The notes beneath the pieces are model-generated. The model saw only the letters and a list, made by a program, of their open reading frames with translations. It was not told the DNA's origin and did no database searches. From Thermoanaerobaculia bacterium (lineage in GTDB: Bacteria; Acidobacteriota; Thermoanaerobaculia; UBA5066): 64,000 bases of DNA. Shown one piece after another: positions 39,563 to 49,677 of this stretch. The stretch lies in assembly GCA_963816185.1 (NCBI GenBank), contig CAWFJJ010000008.1, positions 320,001-384,000 on the forward strand, in the 5' to 3' direction. The number at the start of each line of letters is the position of its first letter. Position 1 is the stretch's first letter. The position numbers and the translations under genes were made by a program.

Positions 39563-39592
39563 TCATTTCCACGACCGGGGAAGGACAGGAAA

Positions 39593-41002
39593 ATGAAACC
39601 GCGTTCGGCCGGACTGCCGTCGGCGCCCGGACCTCCTCTCGACGTCGTGATCATCGGCGCGGGCCAGGCTGGCATTCCTCTCGCGCACGCGCTCGCGAAA
39701 GCGGGAAAGAGCGTGGCGATCGTGGAGCGGAAGGATCTCGGGGGCTCGTGCGTCAACTTCGGCTGCACGCCGACGAAGGCCGTGATCGCATCGGCGCGCG
39801 CCGCTCATCTCGCCCAGCGCGGAGCCGTCTTCGGCCTCAGGATCCCGAAGGTCGAGATCGACTTCCCCGCGGTCCTCGACCGCGCGCGCAGCATTCTGAT
39901 GGACTCGCGGGCAAGCCTCCGGCGCGGTTTCGAGAAATCCGGTAACCCGCGGCTCGTGCGCGGCCACGCCCGGCTCGAGGGACGCGAGGACCAGCTCTTC
40001 AAGGTTCGAATCGGGAGGGAGATCTTGCGCGGGCGCCAGGTCGTGCTCGACACCGGCACGCGGAGCGACCTCGGATCGATCGCCGGCCTCAAGAGCGTCC
40101 CGTTCCTGCACGCGAGCAACTGGCTCGACCAGGACGAGCTGCCGCGTCACATTCTCTTCGCGGGGGGCGGCTACATCGCGCTCGAGATGGGGCAGTTCTA
40201 CCGGCGCATGGGATGCCGGGTGACGATCGTCGATGGCGGGGACCAGATCCTCAAATCGGAGGATCGGGACATCGCCGAGAGGCTCCAGCACCTTCTGGAG
40301 TCGGAGGGGATCCAGTTCCGCCTGAACTGCCGCGTCACGCACGTGCGCGAGCGGCGGCACGACCTCGCGGCGACGGTCGAAAAAGAAGATGCCCGCGAGG
40401 TCTTCTCGGCGTCCCACCTCTTCATCTCCGCCGGGCGCCGCGCGAACACGGACGATCTCGGGCTCGAGACCGTCGACCTGAAACCCGACGAGCAGGGAGT
40501 TCTCGCGGTCGACGAAAGGCTCGCCACTCTCGTGCCGGGAATCTGGGCCGCCGGCGACATCCGGGGCGGGCCGATGTTTACGCACACCGCATGGGACGAC
40601 CACCGCATCCTCCTCTCGCAGCTCGCTGGCGACGGGAAGCGCACGACCCGGCGCATCGTCCCTTATGCCGTTTACACCGATCCGGAGCTCGGCCGCGTCG
40701 GCGCGACCGAGGAGGAGCTGCGCAAGGCCGGACGCGACATCCGGGTCGGCCGCTTCGAGATGCGCGGGAACGGAAAGGCGCGCGAGCGGTCGGAAACGCG
40801 AGGCTGCATCAAGGTCGTCACGGACGCGAAGACGGAAAAGCTTCTCGGCGCGGCCGTGCTCGCGTCGGACGGCTCCGAGCTCGTGCACGTCTACGTCGCG
40901 CTGATGAACGCGGACGCGTCCGCGAGCGTCCTTCGCGACGCCATCCAGATCCACCCGACTCTCTCCGAAGCCCTGCAAAGCGCCGTCGAGACCCTGGCAT
41001 GA
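39593..41002 (+). CDS. Pyridine nucleotide-disulfide oxidoreductase (mercuric-reductase-like/RclA-like)
   Basis: GAGQAG, GGSCVNFGCTPTK, GGGYIALE, AAGD, TDPE, HPTLSE. No C-terminal CC pair. Confidence 0.88.
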   Translation: MKPRSAGLPSAPGPPLDVVIIGAGQAGIPLAHALAKAGKSVAIVERKDLGGSCVNFGCTPTKAVIASARAAHLAQRGAVFGLRIPKVEIDFPAVLDRARSILMDSRASLRRGFEKSGNPRLVRGHARLEGREDQLFKVRIGREILRGRQVVLDTGTRSDLGSIAGLKSVPFLHASNWLDQDELPRHILFAGGGYIALEMGQFYRRMGCRVTIVDGGDQILKSEDRDIAERLQHLLESEGIQFRLNCRVTHVRERRHDLAATVEKEDAREVFSASHLFISAGRRANTDDLGLETVDLKPDEQGVLAVDERLATLVPGIWAAGDIRGGPMFTHTAWDDHRILLSQLAGDGKRTTRRIVPYAVYTDPELGRVGATEEELRKAGRDIRVGRFEMRGNGKARERSETRGCIKVVTDAKTEKLLGAAVLASDGSELVHVYVALMNADASASVLRDAIQIHPTLSEALQSAVETLA

Positions 41003-42308
41003 ACGCGAAGGGCGAAGCGGACGTTCTCTCCGAAGCCGAGCTCGACCGGCTCCAGAAGAACGCGTTCGCCTACTTTCTCCACGAGACCCACGTGGCGAGC
41101 GGCCTCGTGAGGGACAGCACGCACGACGGCTCCCCGTCCTCGATCGCCGCCGTCGGGCTCGCGTTGACGGCTTATCCGGTCGGGGTGGAGCGGGGATTCA
41201 TGGACCGCGACGAAGCCGCCGCCCGGACCCTCACGACACTCCGGTTCCTGACGAACGCCCGGCAAGGCGAGGAGAAAGACGCCACGGGCTGCCGCGGATT
41301 CTTCTACCACTTCCTCGACATGGGCTCGGGGCGCCGCGCGTGGGACTGCGAGGTTTCCACGATCGACACGGCATACTGCTGGCCGGCGCGCTCGTCGCGG
41401 CGGCCTATTTCGACGGCGAGAAGAGGGAAGAGCGCGCCATCCGGGAGACCGCCGATGCGCTCTACCGCCGATGCGACTTCACGTGGGCGCTGAACGGCGG
41501 TTTCCTTCTCTCGCACGGCTGGAAGCCCGAGGGAGGGTTTCTGAAGCGCTGCTGGACCGGATACAGCGAGGCTCTCGTGCTCTACCTCCTCGCATTGGGA
41601 TCTCCGACGCATCCGATCCCTCCGAAGAGCTATGCCGCGTTCACGTCGACCTACCTTTTCCGAAAGCTCTACGGAATCGACTACCTCCACGCGTCGCCGC
41701 TCTTCATCCACCAGCTCTCCCACGTATGGGTCGATTTCCGCGGCATCCGCGACGCCCCGATGCGCGCGCGGGGCCTCGACTACTTCGAGAACAGCGCCCG
41801 CGCGACACGGGTCCAGAGGCTCTATGCGATCCGGAATCCGAAACGCTTCGCCGGCTACGGGGAGAGCTGCTGGGGAATCACGGCGAGCGAGGGGCCGGGC
41901 CCCGCGACCCTCGACATCGAGGGAGTGACGCGCCGCTTCTATGACTACGTCGCGCGCGGCGTCCCGAACGGGCCCGACGACGGCACCCTCGCGCCGTGGG
42001 CGGTCGTGGCGTCGATCCCGTTCGCTCCCGAGATCTCGATGCCGGCGATCGCCCGCATGCACGAGCTGGGCGTCGGGCAGGGACCCTACGGGTTCGAAGC
42101 CACATTCAACCCGACGTTCCCGACCGACTCGAAAGACCCGTGCGGATGGGTGTCGCCGTACAACTTCGGTCTCAACGACGGTCCGATCCTCCTCATGATC
42201 GAGAACCATCGGACGGGATTCGTCTGGGACCTGATGCGGCGCTGCCCGTATCTCGTGCGCGGCCTGAAGCGCGCGGGTTTCCAGGGAGGATGGCTAGGTC
42301 CGCGTTAG
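40999..42308 (+). CDS. Glycoamylase-family glycoside hydrolase-like protein, apparent frameshift near 41375
   Basis: SIAAVG, GFFYHFLD and EVSTIDT, then HGWKPE, YSEA, PLFIHQLSH, WGITAS and DDGT. Confidence 0.8.
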
Positions 42309-42401
42309 CGCACTTTGCGGAGTCGCGAGGACTCCGGTATGTTCCCGGCGGCCAAGAGTCCCACCGAAACGACAGGGACCGGCATGCGGAGGAATCCCCG
42401 G

Positions 42402-45212
42402 ATGCGTCGACACGTGTTCGCCCTCGCTCTCCTAAGCGTTCTCGCGTTTCCCGCCGCCGCCGACGAGATCTTGCGCCTGCCGGGCATGCGCATCGGCGGC
42501 ACCGTGACGCGCGACTCGCGCGGAATCCCGCACATCACCGGCTTCACGGAGTGGGACGCCCACTTCCTGACCGGCTACGTGCAGGCGCAGGACCGGCTCT
42601 TCCAGATGGATTACTCCCGCCGCCTGGCGAGCGGCACACTGGCCGAGCTGCTCGGCCCCGCCGCGCTCTCCAGCGACGTCCAGCTCCGCGCGATCGGCCT
42701 CCGCCGCACGGCGTCGAGCGCGATGAACATCATCTCGAAGGAGGCGCGCGAAGCGCTCCAGGCGTACGCGCTCGGCGTGAACGCGTGGGCCCTCTCGCAC
42801 CCGCTGCCGCCGGAGTACTCCGCGCTCGAGATCACGAAGTTCGAGCCCTGGACGGCGCTCGACAGCCTCGCCTTCGCGAACCTCTTCCTCCTCGGCCAGT
42901 TCTTCGACGACAGCGACGCGGGCCGGACGCAGGCGTTCCTGACGTACCAGGGGACGGGTGCGGCCGCGGGCTTCGACGGCACGAACCTCTTCTTCGAGGA
43001 TCTCGCTCGCTTCGAGCCTTTCGACCACACGACGACGCTGCCCGCATCCTCCCTGCGTGCAGGCCGCACGTCGGAGCTCGCGAAGCCGCGAGCGACTCGC
43101 GCCTTCTACGCGCAGGCCGAGGCCCGGGCGCGGCGCCTCCTCGATCTCGGTGTCGACGGCCTCATCTCGGACTGGCTCGCGAAAGTGGACGCGGCGCCCT
43201 ACTTCAAGGAGGCCCTGAACCGGGGGAAGGACCGCGGCTCGAACGAGTGGGGCATCTCCGGGAAGCTCTCGGCGAGCGGCAACCCGATGATCGCGAACGA
43301 CCCGCACCTCTCGCTCGGCTGGCCGTCCACGTGGTACCCGATGGCCGTGAAGGGCGGTCCGATCGACGCGACCGGGATGGGCGCGGCCGGCGTTCCGTTC
43401 GTCCTCGTCGGCCAGACTCCGCGCATCGCCTGGGGCGCCACGAACAACCCGACAGACGTCACGGACATCTACGTCGAGTCGCTCGTCCCCGATCAGGGCT
43501 CCCTTGCCGGGTTTGCGACGACATACAAGGGCAACAAGGAGAACGTCCTCCCGATCCCGGAGGTGTTCCGCCAGAACAACCCAGGCGACGGGATCAACGA
43601 CGACATCACGGTTGTCGCGGCGACCGGCGCCATCCCGCCCGCGACGCTCATCGTGCCGCGTCGCAACTTCGGCCCGATCATCTCCCTCGACCTCACGCAC
43701 ATGACGGCCTTGTCCCTGCAGTACGCCGGAACCGCGGCGACGCGTGAGATCGATGGATTCCGCATCTGGAACACCGCGAAGTCGGTGGACGACTTTCGCC
43801 GTGGTCTCACCTACCTGACCGTGGGCTCGTTCAACTGGGCCGTCGCGGACGCGGACGGGAATCTCGCTTACCTCACGAGCGGCGAGCTGCCGCTCCGCGA
43901 GGACCTGCAGGCCAACGCGCCGAAGGGCCTGCCGCCGTACTTCCTGCGCGACGGGACCGGCGGCAACGAGTGGCTGCCGCGCACGAACGTCTATCCGAAC
44001 CAGGCGCTCAACTTCGAGATCCTGCCGCCGTCGGAGCGGCCCCAGTCCGTGAATCCCGCTGCCGGATGGTTCGCGAACGCGAACAACGATCCGATCGGCG
44101 TCACGCTCTCCAACAACCCGCTCGGCCGGCAGCGTCCGGGCGGCGGGATCCTCTATCTGAATTACGGGTACGACGGCTTCCGGTGCGCGAAGATCACGCA
44201 GGACATCCAGAAGAAGCTCGCGTCGAGCGGGAAGATCTCGTTCGACGACATGAAGGCGATCCAGGCGGACGACCAGCTCCTCGACGCGCAGGTCTTCGTC
44301 CCGTACATCCTCGCCGCGTGGGATCGCTCCAACGGGTCGTCGGACCCAGGGCTTTCGGGAGAGGCTTCCAACACGAGCGAGGCGGTCACGAGGCTTCGCG
44401 CGTGGGACATGTCGACGCCGACGGGCCTGACCGAAGGGTACGACGCCGGGAAGCCAGCGGGCACGGCGCCGACGCAGGCGCAGATCGACGCGAGCGTGGC
44501 CGCGACGCTTTACTCCGTTTGGCGGGGACGCTTCGCGGTGAACGTGATCGACCATACGCTCGCACCGTTCCACCTCTCACCGCCCGGGAACGACCAGAAT
44601 TCGACGCTTCCCTCTCTGCGCCACATGCTCGAGAATTTCCAGGCGCAGCAGGGGATAGGCGCGTCGGGCCTGAACTTCTTCAACGATGGCGGCATTCAAC
44701 AGGGTCTCAGCTACACCCCGGATCAGGCGCGGGACTACATCATTCTCGATTCCCTGAGCCGGGCGATCGCCCTGCTCCGGAGCGACGCGTTCGCGCCCGC
44801 GTTCGGGAAGTCCGCGAACCTCGCGGACTACCGTTGGGGGAAGCTCCACCGGATCACGTTCGCGCACCCGCTCGGCGGGCCGTTCAGCGTGCCGCCCGGG
44901 AACGGCGCGTTCCCGGCTCCGCTCGCGGGCCTGCCCGGCATTCCGCGCTCGGGCGGGATCGGAACGCCAGACGTCGGCAACCATCCAGTCCGCGCGAGCA
45001 CCGTGAACGGGTTCATGTTTGGATCGGGACCCTCGCGCCGGTACGTCGGCGAGGTCTCGACCTCGGGGATCCACGCGGAGACGAGCCTCCCGGGAGGCGT
45101 CAGCGCGCTTCCGACTTCCCCCTATTACGTCAACTTGCTGCCCATCTGGCTCACGAACGGCACATATCCCGCCGAGCTCGCCGGCGGTCCGACGCTTCCG
45201 TGGGCGCCGTGA
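42402..45212 (+). CDS. Penicillin acylase family (Ntn hydrolase) secreted amidase
   Basis: RDSRGIPHI, GYVQAQDRLFQMD, nucleophile G|SNEW, ANDPHL, WGKLH. RBS GGAGGA. Confidence 0.92.
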   Translation: MRRHVFALALLSVLAFPAAADEILRLPGMRIGGTVTRDSRGIPHITGFTEWDAHFLTGYVQAQDRLFQMDYSRRLASGTLAELLGPAALSSDVQLRAIGLRRTASSAMNIISKEAREALQAYALGVNAWALSHPLPPEYSALEITKFEPWTALDSLAFANLFLLGQFFDDSDAGRTQAFLTYQGTGAAAGFDGTNLFFEDLARFEPFDHTTTLPASSLRAGRTSELAKPRATRAFYAQAEARARRLLDLGVDGLISDWLAKVDAAPYFKEALNRGKDRGSNEWGISGKLSASGNPMIANDPHLSLGWPSTWYPMAVKGGPIDATGMGAAGVPFVLVGQTPRIAWGATNNPTDVTDIYVESLVPDQGSLAGFATTYKGNKENVLPIPEVFRQNNPGDGINDDITVVAATGAIPPATLIVPRRNFGPIISLDLTHMTALSLQYAGTAATREIDGFRIWNTAKSVDDFRRGLTYLTVGSFNWAVADADGNLAYLTSGELPLREDLQANAPKGLPPYFLRDGTGGNEWLPRTNVYPNQALNFEILPPSERPQSVNPAAGWFANANNDPIGVTLSNNPLGRQRPGGGILYLNYGYDGFRCAKITQDIQKKLASSGKISFDDMKAIQADDQLLDAQVFVPYILAAWDRSNGSSDPGLSGEASNTSEAVTRLRAWDMSTPTGLTEGYDAGKPAGTAPTQAQIDASVAATLYSVWRGRFAVNVIDHTLAPFHLSPPGNDQNSTLPSLRHMLENFQAQQGIGASGLNFFNDGGIQQGLSYTPDQARDYIILDSLSRAIALLRSDAFAPAFGKSANLADYRWGKLHRITFAHPLGGPFSVPPGNGAFPAPLAGLPGIPRSGGIGTPDVGNHPVRASTVNGFMFGSGPSRRYVGEVSTSGIHAETSLPGGVSALPTSPYYVNLLPIWLTNGTYPAELAGGPTLPWAP

Positions 45213-45223
45213 GGGAGATCGCA

Positions 45224-45856
45224 ATGAAGAGGACCATTCCCGCCACGCTCGGCCTCGTCCTCATGCTTCTCGCCGGACCCGCCGCCGCGCAGGTCCGGAC
45301 GGAGATCGGGTTCGTCGGCACGTGGATCCACTCGACGACGACGACCGTCACGGACCCGACCTTCGACATCGGCGTCAAGTTCGAGAACGGCGGCGGAGGC
45401 GGCCTTCTCGTCGACGTTCGCCCGGTGCGGTTCTTGTCGTTCGAGGCGTCCGGGTTTTTCACGCGGCAGAGCGGCGCGATCACGGCGAGCGGCTCCACGC
45501 TCGTTTCCGCCGGCAGGCTCGACGCGATCCCCGTCGTCCTCGAGGCGAAGCTCCATCCGTTCGGGGACGGGGCGTTCGACTTGTACGTCGGCGGCGGCGG
45601 GACGTACGTCTTTTTCCAGAATCTCTCCGACGCCGGGTTGGACGCCGCCGGCATCGGTGTCGTGAAGGTGAAGGACAAAGCGGGTTTCGTGGGAAGCGCG
45701 GGATTCAGGATCGCGTTCTCCCCGCACGCGGCGTTCCTCGCCGACGGGAAGTATCTCTGGGTCAAGCCCGAATCCCAGGCTGCGTCCGGCGGTCCGCAGA
45801 CGGACCTCAAATGGAACCCGCTCCTCGTGTCGGCCGGGTTCGGCTTCCGGTTCTAG
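45224..45856 (+). CDS. OmpW-like outer-membrane beta-barrel protein
   Basis: Signal peptide, YVGGGGTY, and C-terminal NPLLVSAGFGFRF. Confidence 0.8.
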   Translation: MKRTIPATLGLVLMLLAGPAAAQVRTEIGFVGTWIHSTTTTVTDPTFDIGVKFENGGGGGLLVDVRPVRFLSFEASGFFTRQSGAITASGSTLVSAGRLDAIPVVLEAKLHPFGDGAFDLYVGGGGTYVFFQNLSDAGLDAAGIGVVKVKDKAGFVGSAGFRIAFSPHAAFLADGKYLWVKPESQAASGGPQTDLKWNPLLVSAGFGFRF

Positions 45857-45891
45857 GCGGGTCTCACGCCGGACTCAGGGAGGAATGAGGA

Positions 45892-47007
45892 ATGAGCGGG
45901 GTACGCGTACTCGTCGGCACGAAGAAGGGCGCCTTCATCCTGACCTCGGATGGAAAGCGCGAACGGTGGGACGTCGGCGGTCCCCATTTCGCGGGCTGGG
46001 AGATGTACCACCTCAAGGGATCGCCCGCCGATCCGAATCGGCTCTACGCGTCGCAGACGAGCGGCTGGTTCGGGCAGCAGATCCAGCGCTCGGATGACGG
46101 CGGCAGGACGTGGGAGCCCGTGGGGAACAAGTTCGTGTACGACGGCGTCCCCGGCACGCACCAGTGGTACGACGGGACGCCGCGCCCCTGGGAGTTCAAG
46201 CGCGTCTGGCATCTCGAGCCGTCGCTGAAAGATCCCGACACCGTCTATGCCGGCGTGGAGGACGCGGCCCTGTTCCGCACGACGGACGGCGGGAAGACGT
46301 GGCAGGAGCTCCCCGGCCTGCGCGAGCACGGCTCGGGCCCCCGCTGGCAGCCGGGCGCGGGCGGGATGTGCCTTCACACGATCCTTCTGGATCCGAGCGA
46401 GAACGGCCGGATCTTCATCGCGATCTCGGCCGCGGGCGCGTTCCGGACCGACGACGCCGGCAAGACGTGGAAGCCGATCAACCGCGGACTCGTGTCCGCG
46501 CAGATCCCCGACCCGACGGCCGAGGTCGGCCACTGCGTCCATCGCATCGCGATGCACCGGTCGCGCCCCAAGGTGCTCTTCATGCAGAAGCACTGGGACG
46601 TGATGCGCAGCGACGACGCCGGCGAGTCGTGGCACGAGGTCAGCGGAAACCTGCCGACCGACTTCGGGTTCGCGATCGACGTCCACGCGCACGAGCCGGA
46701 GACCATCTACGTCGTCCCGATCAAGAGCGACAGCGAGCACTTCCCGCTCGACGGAAAGCTGCGCGTCTACAGGAGCCGGACGGGCGGAAACGAGTGGGAG
46801 GCGCTTACGAACGGCCTGCCGCAGCGCGACTGCTACGTCAACGTCCTGCGCGACGCGATGGCCGTGGACTCGCTCGATTCGTGCGGCGTCTATTTCGGCA
46901 CGACGGGCGGGCAGGTCTACGCATCCGCGAACGCGGGAGACGCCTGGGCGCCGATCGTGAGGGATCTCCCCGCCGTCCTGTCCGTCGAGGTCCAGACGCT
47001 GCCGTGA
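45892..47007 (+). CDS. BNR/Asp-box beta-propeller protein (sialidase-like fold), no signal peptide
   Basis: Repeated S/T-x-D-x-G-x-T/S-W motifs ([32 protein letters not shown]). Confidence 0.88.
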   Translation: MSGVRVLVGTKKGAFILTSDGKRERWDVGGPHFAGWEMYHLKGSPADPNRLYASQTSGWFGQQIQRSDDGGRTWEPVGNKFVYDGVPGTHQWYDGTPRPWEFKRVWHLEPSLKDPDTVYAGVEDAALFRTTDGGKTWQELPGLREHGSGPRWQPGAGGMCLHTILLDPSENGRIFIAISAAGAFRTDDAGKTWKPINRGLVSAQIPDPTAEVGHCVHRIAMHRSRPKVLFMQKHWDVMRSDDAGESWHEVSGNLPTDFGFAIDVHAHEPETIYVVPIKSDSEHFPLDGKLRVYRSRTGGNEWEALTNGLPQRDCYVNVLRDAMAVDSLDSCGVYFGTTGGQVYASANAGDAWAPIVRDLPAVLSVEVQTLP

Positions 47008-47300
47008 TCCGGGTCGTCCTCCCGGTGCATCTCAGGACGCTGGCGCGCGTCACCGGCGAGGTGACGCTCGACCTCGAGGGCCCGGTCACGCAGCGCTCGA
47101 TCCTCGAGGCGCTCGAGGCGCGCTACCCGATGCTGCGCGGCGCGATCCGCGACCACGCGACGCAACGGCGCCGGCCCTTCGTGAGATTCTTCGCCTGCGC
47201 TGAAGACGTGTCTCACGAGCCGCCGGACGCTCCGCTGCCCGAAGCGGTCGCGACGGGGGCCGAGCCGTTTCTTGTCGTGGGGGCGATGGCGGGAGGGTGA
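47004..47300 (+). CDS. MoaD/ThiS-family ubiquitin-like protein
   Basis: [18 protein letters not shown]-terminal AMAGG. GTGA overlap with the upstream gene. Confidence 0.88.
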   Translation: MIRVVLPVHLRTLARVTGEVTLDLEGPVTQRSILEALEARYPMLRGAIRDHATQRRRPFVRFFACAEDVSHEPPDAPLPEAVATGAEPFLVVGAMAGG

Positions 47301-47372
47301 CGGGTTCGCCACTGGTAACATTCGAAGGCAGGCTGCTTCCCTCACGCCCGGCTGCGAACGCGAGGAGGCGCG

Positions 47373-47975
47373 ATGTTCTGCGACAAATGCGGTAAGCGCG
47401 TCGCTGCGGACGCCCAGTTTTGCGCCGGTTGTGGAGCGCCGATCCTCGGCCGTGCCGCGCCGTCGCCATCGAAGCCCCATGACGATCGATCGCCTCTGGT
47501 CCTGCGGCCGGTCTTTCTGCCCGTGCCGACTCTCTTGGCCATCCTTGCGCTCGCCGCCTTCGTCAGCACGTGGGCCGGCGGTTTCCTGGGGGTCGTCGGC
47601 TTCATGCTGATTGCGGCTTTGAAGCTTTCTATACCGCAGTATGTGCCCTTTGTTCTGGGCAGCGGTCTCATCTTCTTGATCTTTACATCCGTTGCTTTCC
47701 CGCTCCGGAAGAAGTCCTACCGAAAGATTGAATATCGATTTTTTCCGGACCGCGTGGAGTACACCTCGGGACTCTGGACGATCAACAAAGAGACCCTTCC
47801 TTACAGCAGGGTGGCCGACGTCACGATGGTGAGCGGTCCCTTTCAGAAGCCTCGGGGGCTGGGGACGATCATACTCAAGACGATCGGCGGCTCGGGCGCC
47901 AGCGTCTCCATCCGAAACATCCCCGAACCAGACCAAGTCTACGATCAGGTGCGCGCGATGATTCTCAATCGTTAA
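47373..47975 (+). CDS. Zinc-ribbon + TM + bacterial PH domain protein
   Basis: CDKCG...FCAGCG, two TM segments, IPY-like LPYSRVADV...GLGTI. Confidence 0.8.
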   Translation: MFCDKCGKRVAADAQFCAGCGAPILGRAAPSPSKPHDDRSPLVLRPVFLPVPTLLAILALAAFVSTWAGGFLGVVGFMLIAALKLSIPQYVPFVLGSGLIFLIFTSVAFPLRKKSYRKIEYRFFPDRVEYTSGLWTINKETLPYSRVADVTMVSGPFQKPRGLGTIILKTIGGSGASVSIRNIPEPDQVYDQVRAMILNR

Positions 47976-47979
47976 TTGG

Positions 47980-48441
47980 ATGTTTTGCCACAAGTGCGGA
48001 GCGCGCGTGACCCCCGACGGCCAATTCTGCGGCTCCTGCGGCACAACGATTGCCCGAGAGCCCGCCTCCACCTCCTCAAAGGTCAGCGAGGATCGCCCGG
48101 TCCTCGTGCTGCACCCGCTTGCGCTGCTCGTCGTGATCGCGGTCCACGCCTTCGTTCTCTGGATCGGAAAGAAAGCCTACTCATTGATGGAGTGGCGGTT
48201 TTACAAGGACCGACTGGAGTACACCATCGGGATCTTCGGCGGAATCAGGGAGACGATCCCGTACGCAAGGGTGGCCGACGTGAGCTTGACCAGGGGAGTG
48301 ATTCAGAAGCGGCGAGGGCTGGGGACGATCGTCATCACGAGTACAGGGGGCCAGAGGGACGCGGTCACCGTCAGCGATATAGAAGACTCGGAGAACGTCT
48401 ATGAGCAGGTCCGCGCCCTCGCCCTCGCGCGCCAGGTGTGA
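47980..48441 (+). CDS. Zinc-ribbon + TM + bacterial PH domain protein (paralog)
   Basis: CHKCG...FCGSCG, IPYARVADV, GLGTI, VYEQVR. Confidence 0.8.
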   Translation: MFCHKCGARVTPDGQFCGSCGTTIAREPASTSSKVSEDRPVLVLHPLALLVVIAVHAFVLWIGKKAYSLMEWRFYKDRLEYTIGIFGGIRETIPYARVADVSLTRGVIQKRRGLGTIVITSTGGQRDAVTVSDIEDSENVYEQVRALALARQV

Positions 48442-48477
48442 TTCCTAACAAGGTGAGAGGGTGGCAATCCTTACAAG

Positions 48478-48493
48478 TGGCCCGTTCATTGCT
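48478..48493 (+). promoter_or_regulatory. Putative sigma-54 promoter of sodC
   Basis: TGGCCC-GTTCA-TTGCT, GG-N10-GC, upstream of RBS AGGAGG. Confidence 0.55.
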
Positions 48494-48516
48494 CAAGAGC
48501 CGAAAAGGAGGAACTG

Positions 48517-49041
48517 ATGATGGTGACACTCAAGACGCGTCGATTTCTTCTTCTCGCCTTTTCAACCGCGCTGATCACCGGCTTGGCCGCCGCGAAGGGG
48601 AACACCAGCAGCCGGGCGGCGATCGAGCCGAAGTCCGGCAGCGCCTTGACCGGATCCGCCGTCGCGACCGAGAAGGATGGCGGCGTCGAGATCGTGGTCG
48701 ACGTCTCGGGCGCGACGCCCGGGCTGCATGCCGTACACGTCCACGAGAAGGGCGACTGCTCGGCGCCCGACGCCGCGTCGGCCGGCGGGCATTTCAATCC
48801 GACGCACGCCGCCCACGGGGCTCCCGACGCGCCCGCGCATCACGCCGGCGATTTCGGAAACATGAAGGTCGCCGAGGACGGAAAGGGACACCTCGTGATC
48901 ACGACGAAGATGCTCACGGTAGGCCCGGGCCCGCACTCCGTCGTCGGGCGGAGCATCGTCGTCCACGAGAAGGAGGACGACATGAAGTCGCAGCCTGCCG
49001 GCAACTCCGGAAGCAGGGTCGGCTGCGGCGTCTTCAAGTGA
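48517..49041 (+). CDS. sodC: Cu/Zn superoxide dismutase
   Basis: HVHEKGDC, GGHFNP, HG, HAGD, VVHEKEDD, RVGCG. Signal peptide. Confidence 0.93.
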   Translation: MMVTLKTRRFLLLAFSTALITGLAAAKGNTSSRAAIEPKSGSALTGSAVATEKDGGVEIVVDVSGATPGLHAVHVHEKGDCSAPDAASAGGHFNPTHAAHGAPDAPAHHAGDFGNMKVAEDGKGHLVITTKMLTVGPGPHSVVGRSIVVHEKEDDMKSQPAGNSGSRVGCGVFK

Positions 49042-49057
49042 GCGGCCGGCGAGGGAT

Positions 49058-49549
49058 TCACAGGGTTCGTCGCGGCGCGCAATCGCAATATTGCAGGCCC
49101 TGCTCGGGCAGCGTGGGCAGCAGCATGAGCGCGGGTGTCGGTTCTATGACCTCGGTCGCGAAAACCATCATCCACCGAAACGGCACTGGACTCTCGTTTC
49201 TCCGGGCCGGCTCGTAGACGTCAGCCTTGAGTGTCCTGGCGGCCCAGTTGCCGTACTCCTGGGCGCTCGTCGCGACGACCTCGACGTTCTCGACGCGGCC
49301 TTCGGGGTTGATCGTATACCGCACACAGGCCCAGCCCGCTCTCTCAGCTTGTGGCGCTTCTGCCTTGGATCGCGGTTCCAACGCTAAGGGTTCTCTTCGA
49401 ACCAGCCTTGGAGGCGTGACATCCGGCTCGGGGGCGATTTTGTAGGGCCGACAGCGGTCCATGGCGAGCGCCGTGAAAGGGAGACGGGCCGACGTGGTGC
49501 AGCCGGAAAGGACGATGAGAACTGGGATGAGCAGGCGTTCGGCCCTCAT
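49058..49549 (-). CDS. TonB C-terminal domain lipoprotein
   Basis: Lipobox LSGC. TINPEGRVENVEVV and YEPARRN. Confidence 0.65.
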   Translation of the reverse strand: MRAERLLIPVLIVLSGCTTSARLPFTALAMDRCRPYKIAPEPDVTPPRLVRREPLALEPRSKAEAPQAERAGWACVRYTINPEGRVENVEVVATSAQEYGNWAARTLKADVYEPARRNESPVPFRWMMVFATEVIEPTPALMLLPTLPEQGLQYCDCAPRRTL

Positions 49550-49677
49550 TTCATCCCCCCGCAGCTGACAATATAGGTGCAGGCTCTATCGGGCCGCAAT
49601 CGCATCTTCACCTACCGGGGTCGTCACCCCTTTTCTAACCGAACAGCTTTGCGACTTTTCGGGCTTCGCTTCGGCGC

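Noticed and set aside
39593-41002. merA (mercury resistance)
   Set aside because: No C-terminal Cys-Cys pair, no N-terminal metal-binding domain and no mer genes nearby.
49550-49677. Integron attC site between short accessory genes
   Set aside because: No matching RYYYAAC/GTTRRRY pair with complementary arms, and no integrase.
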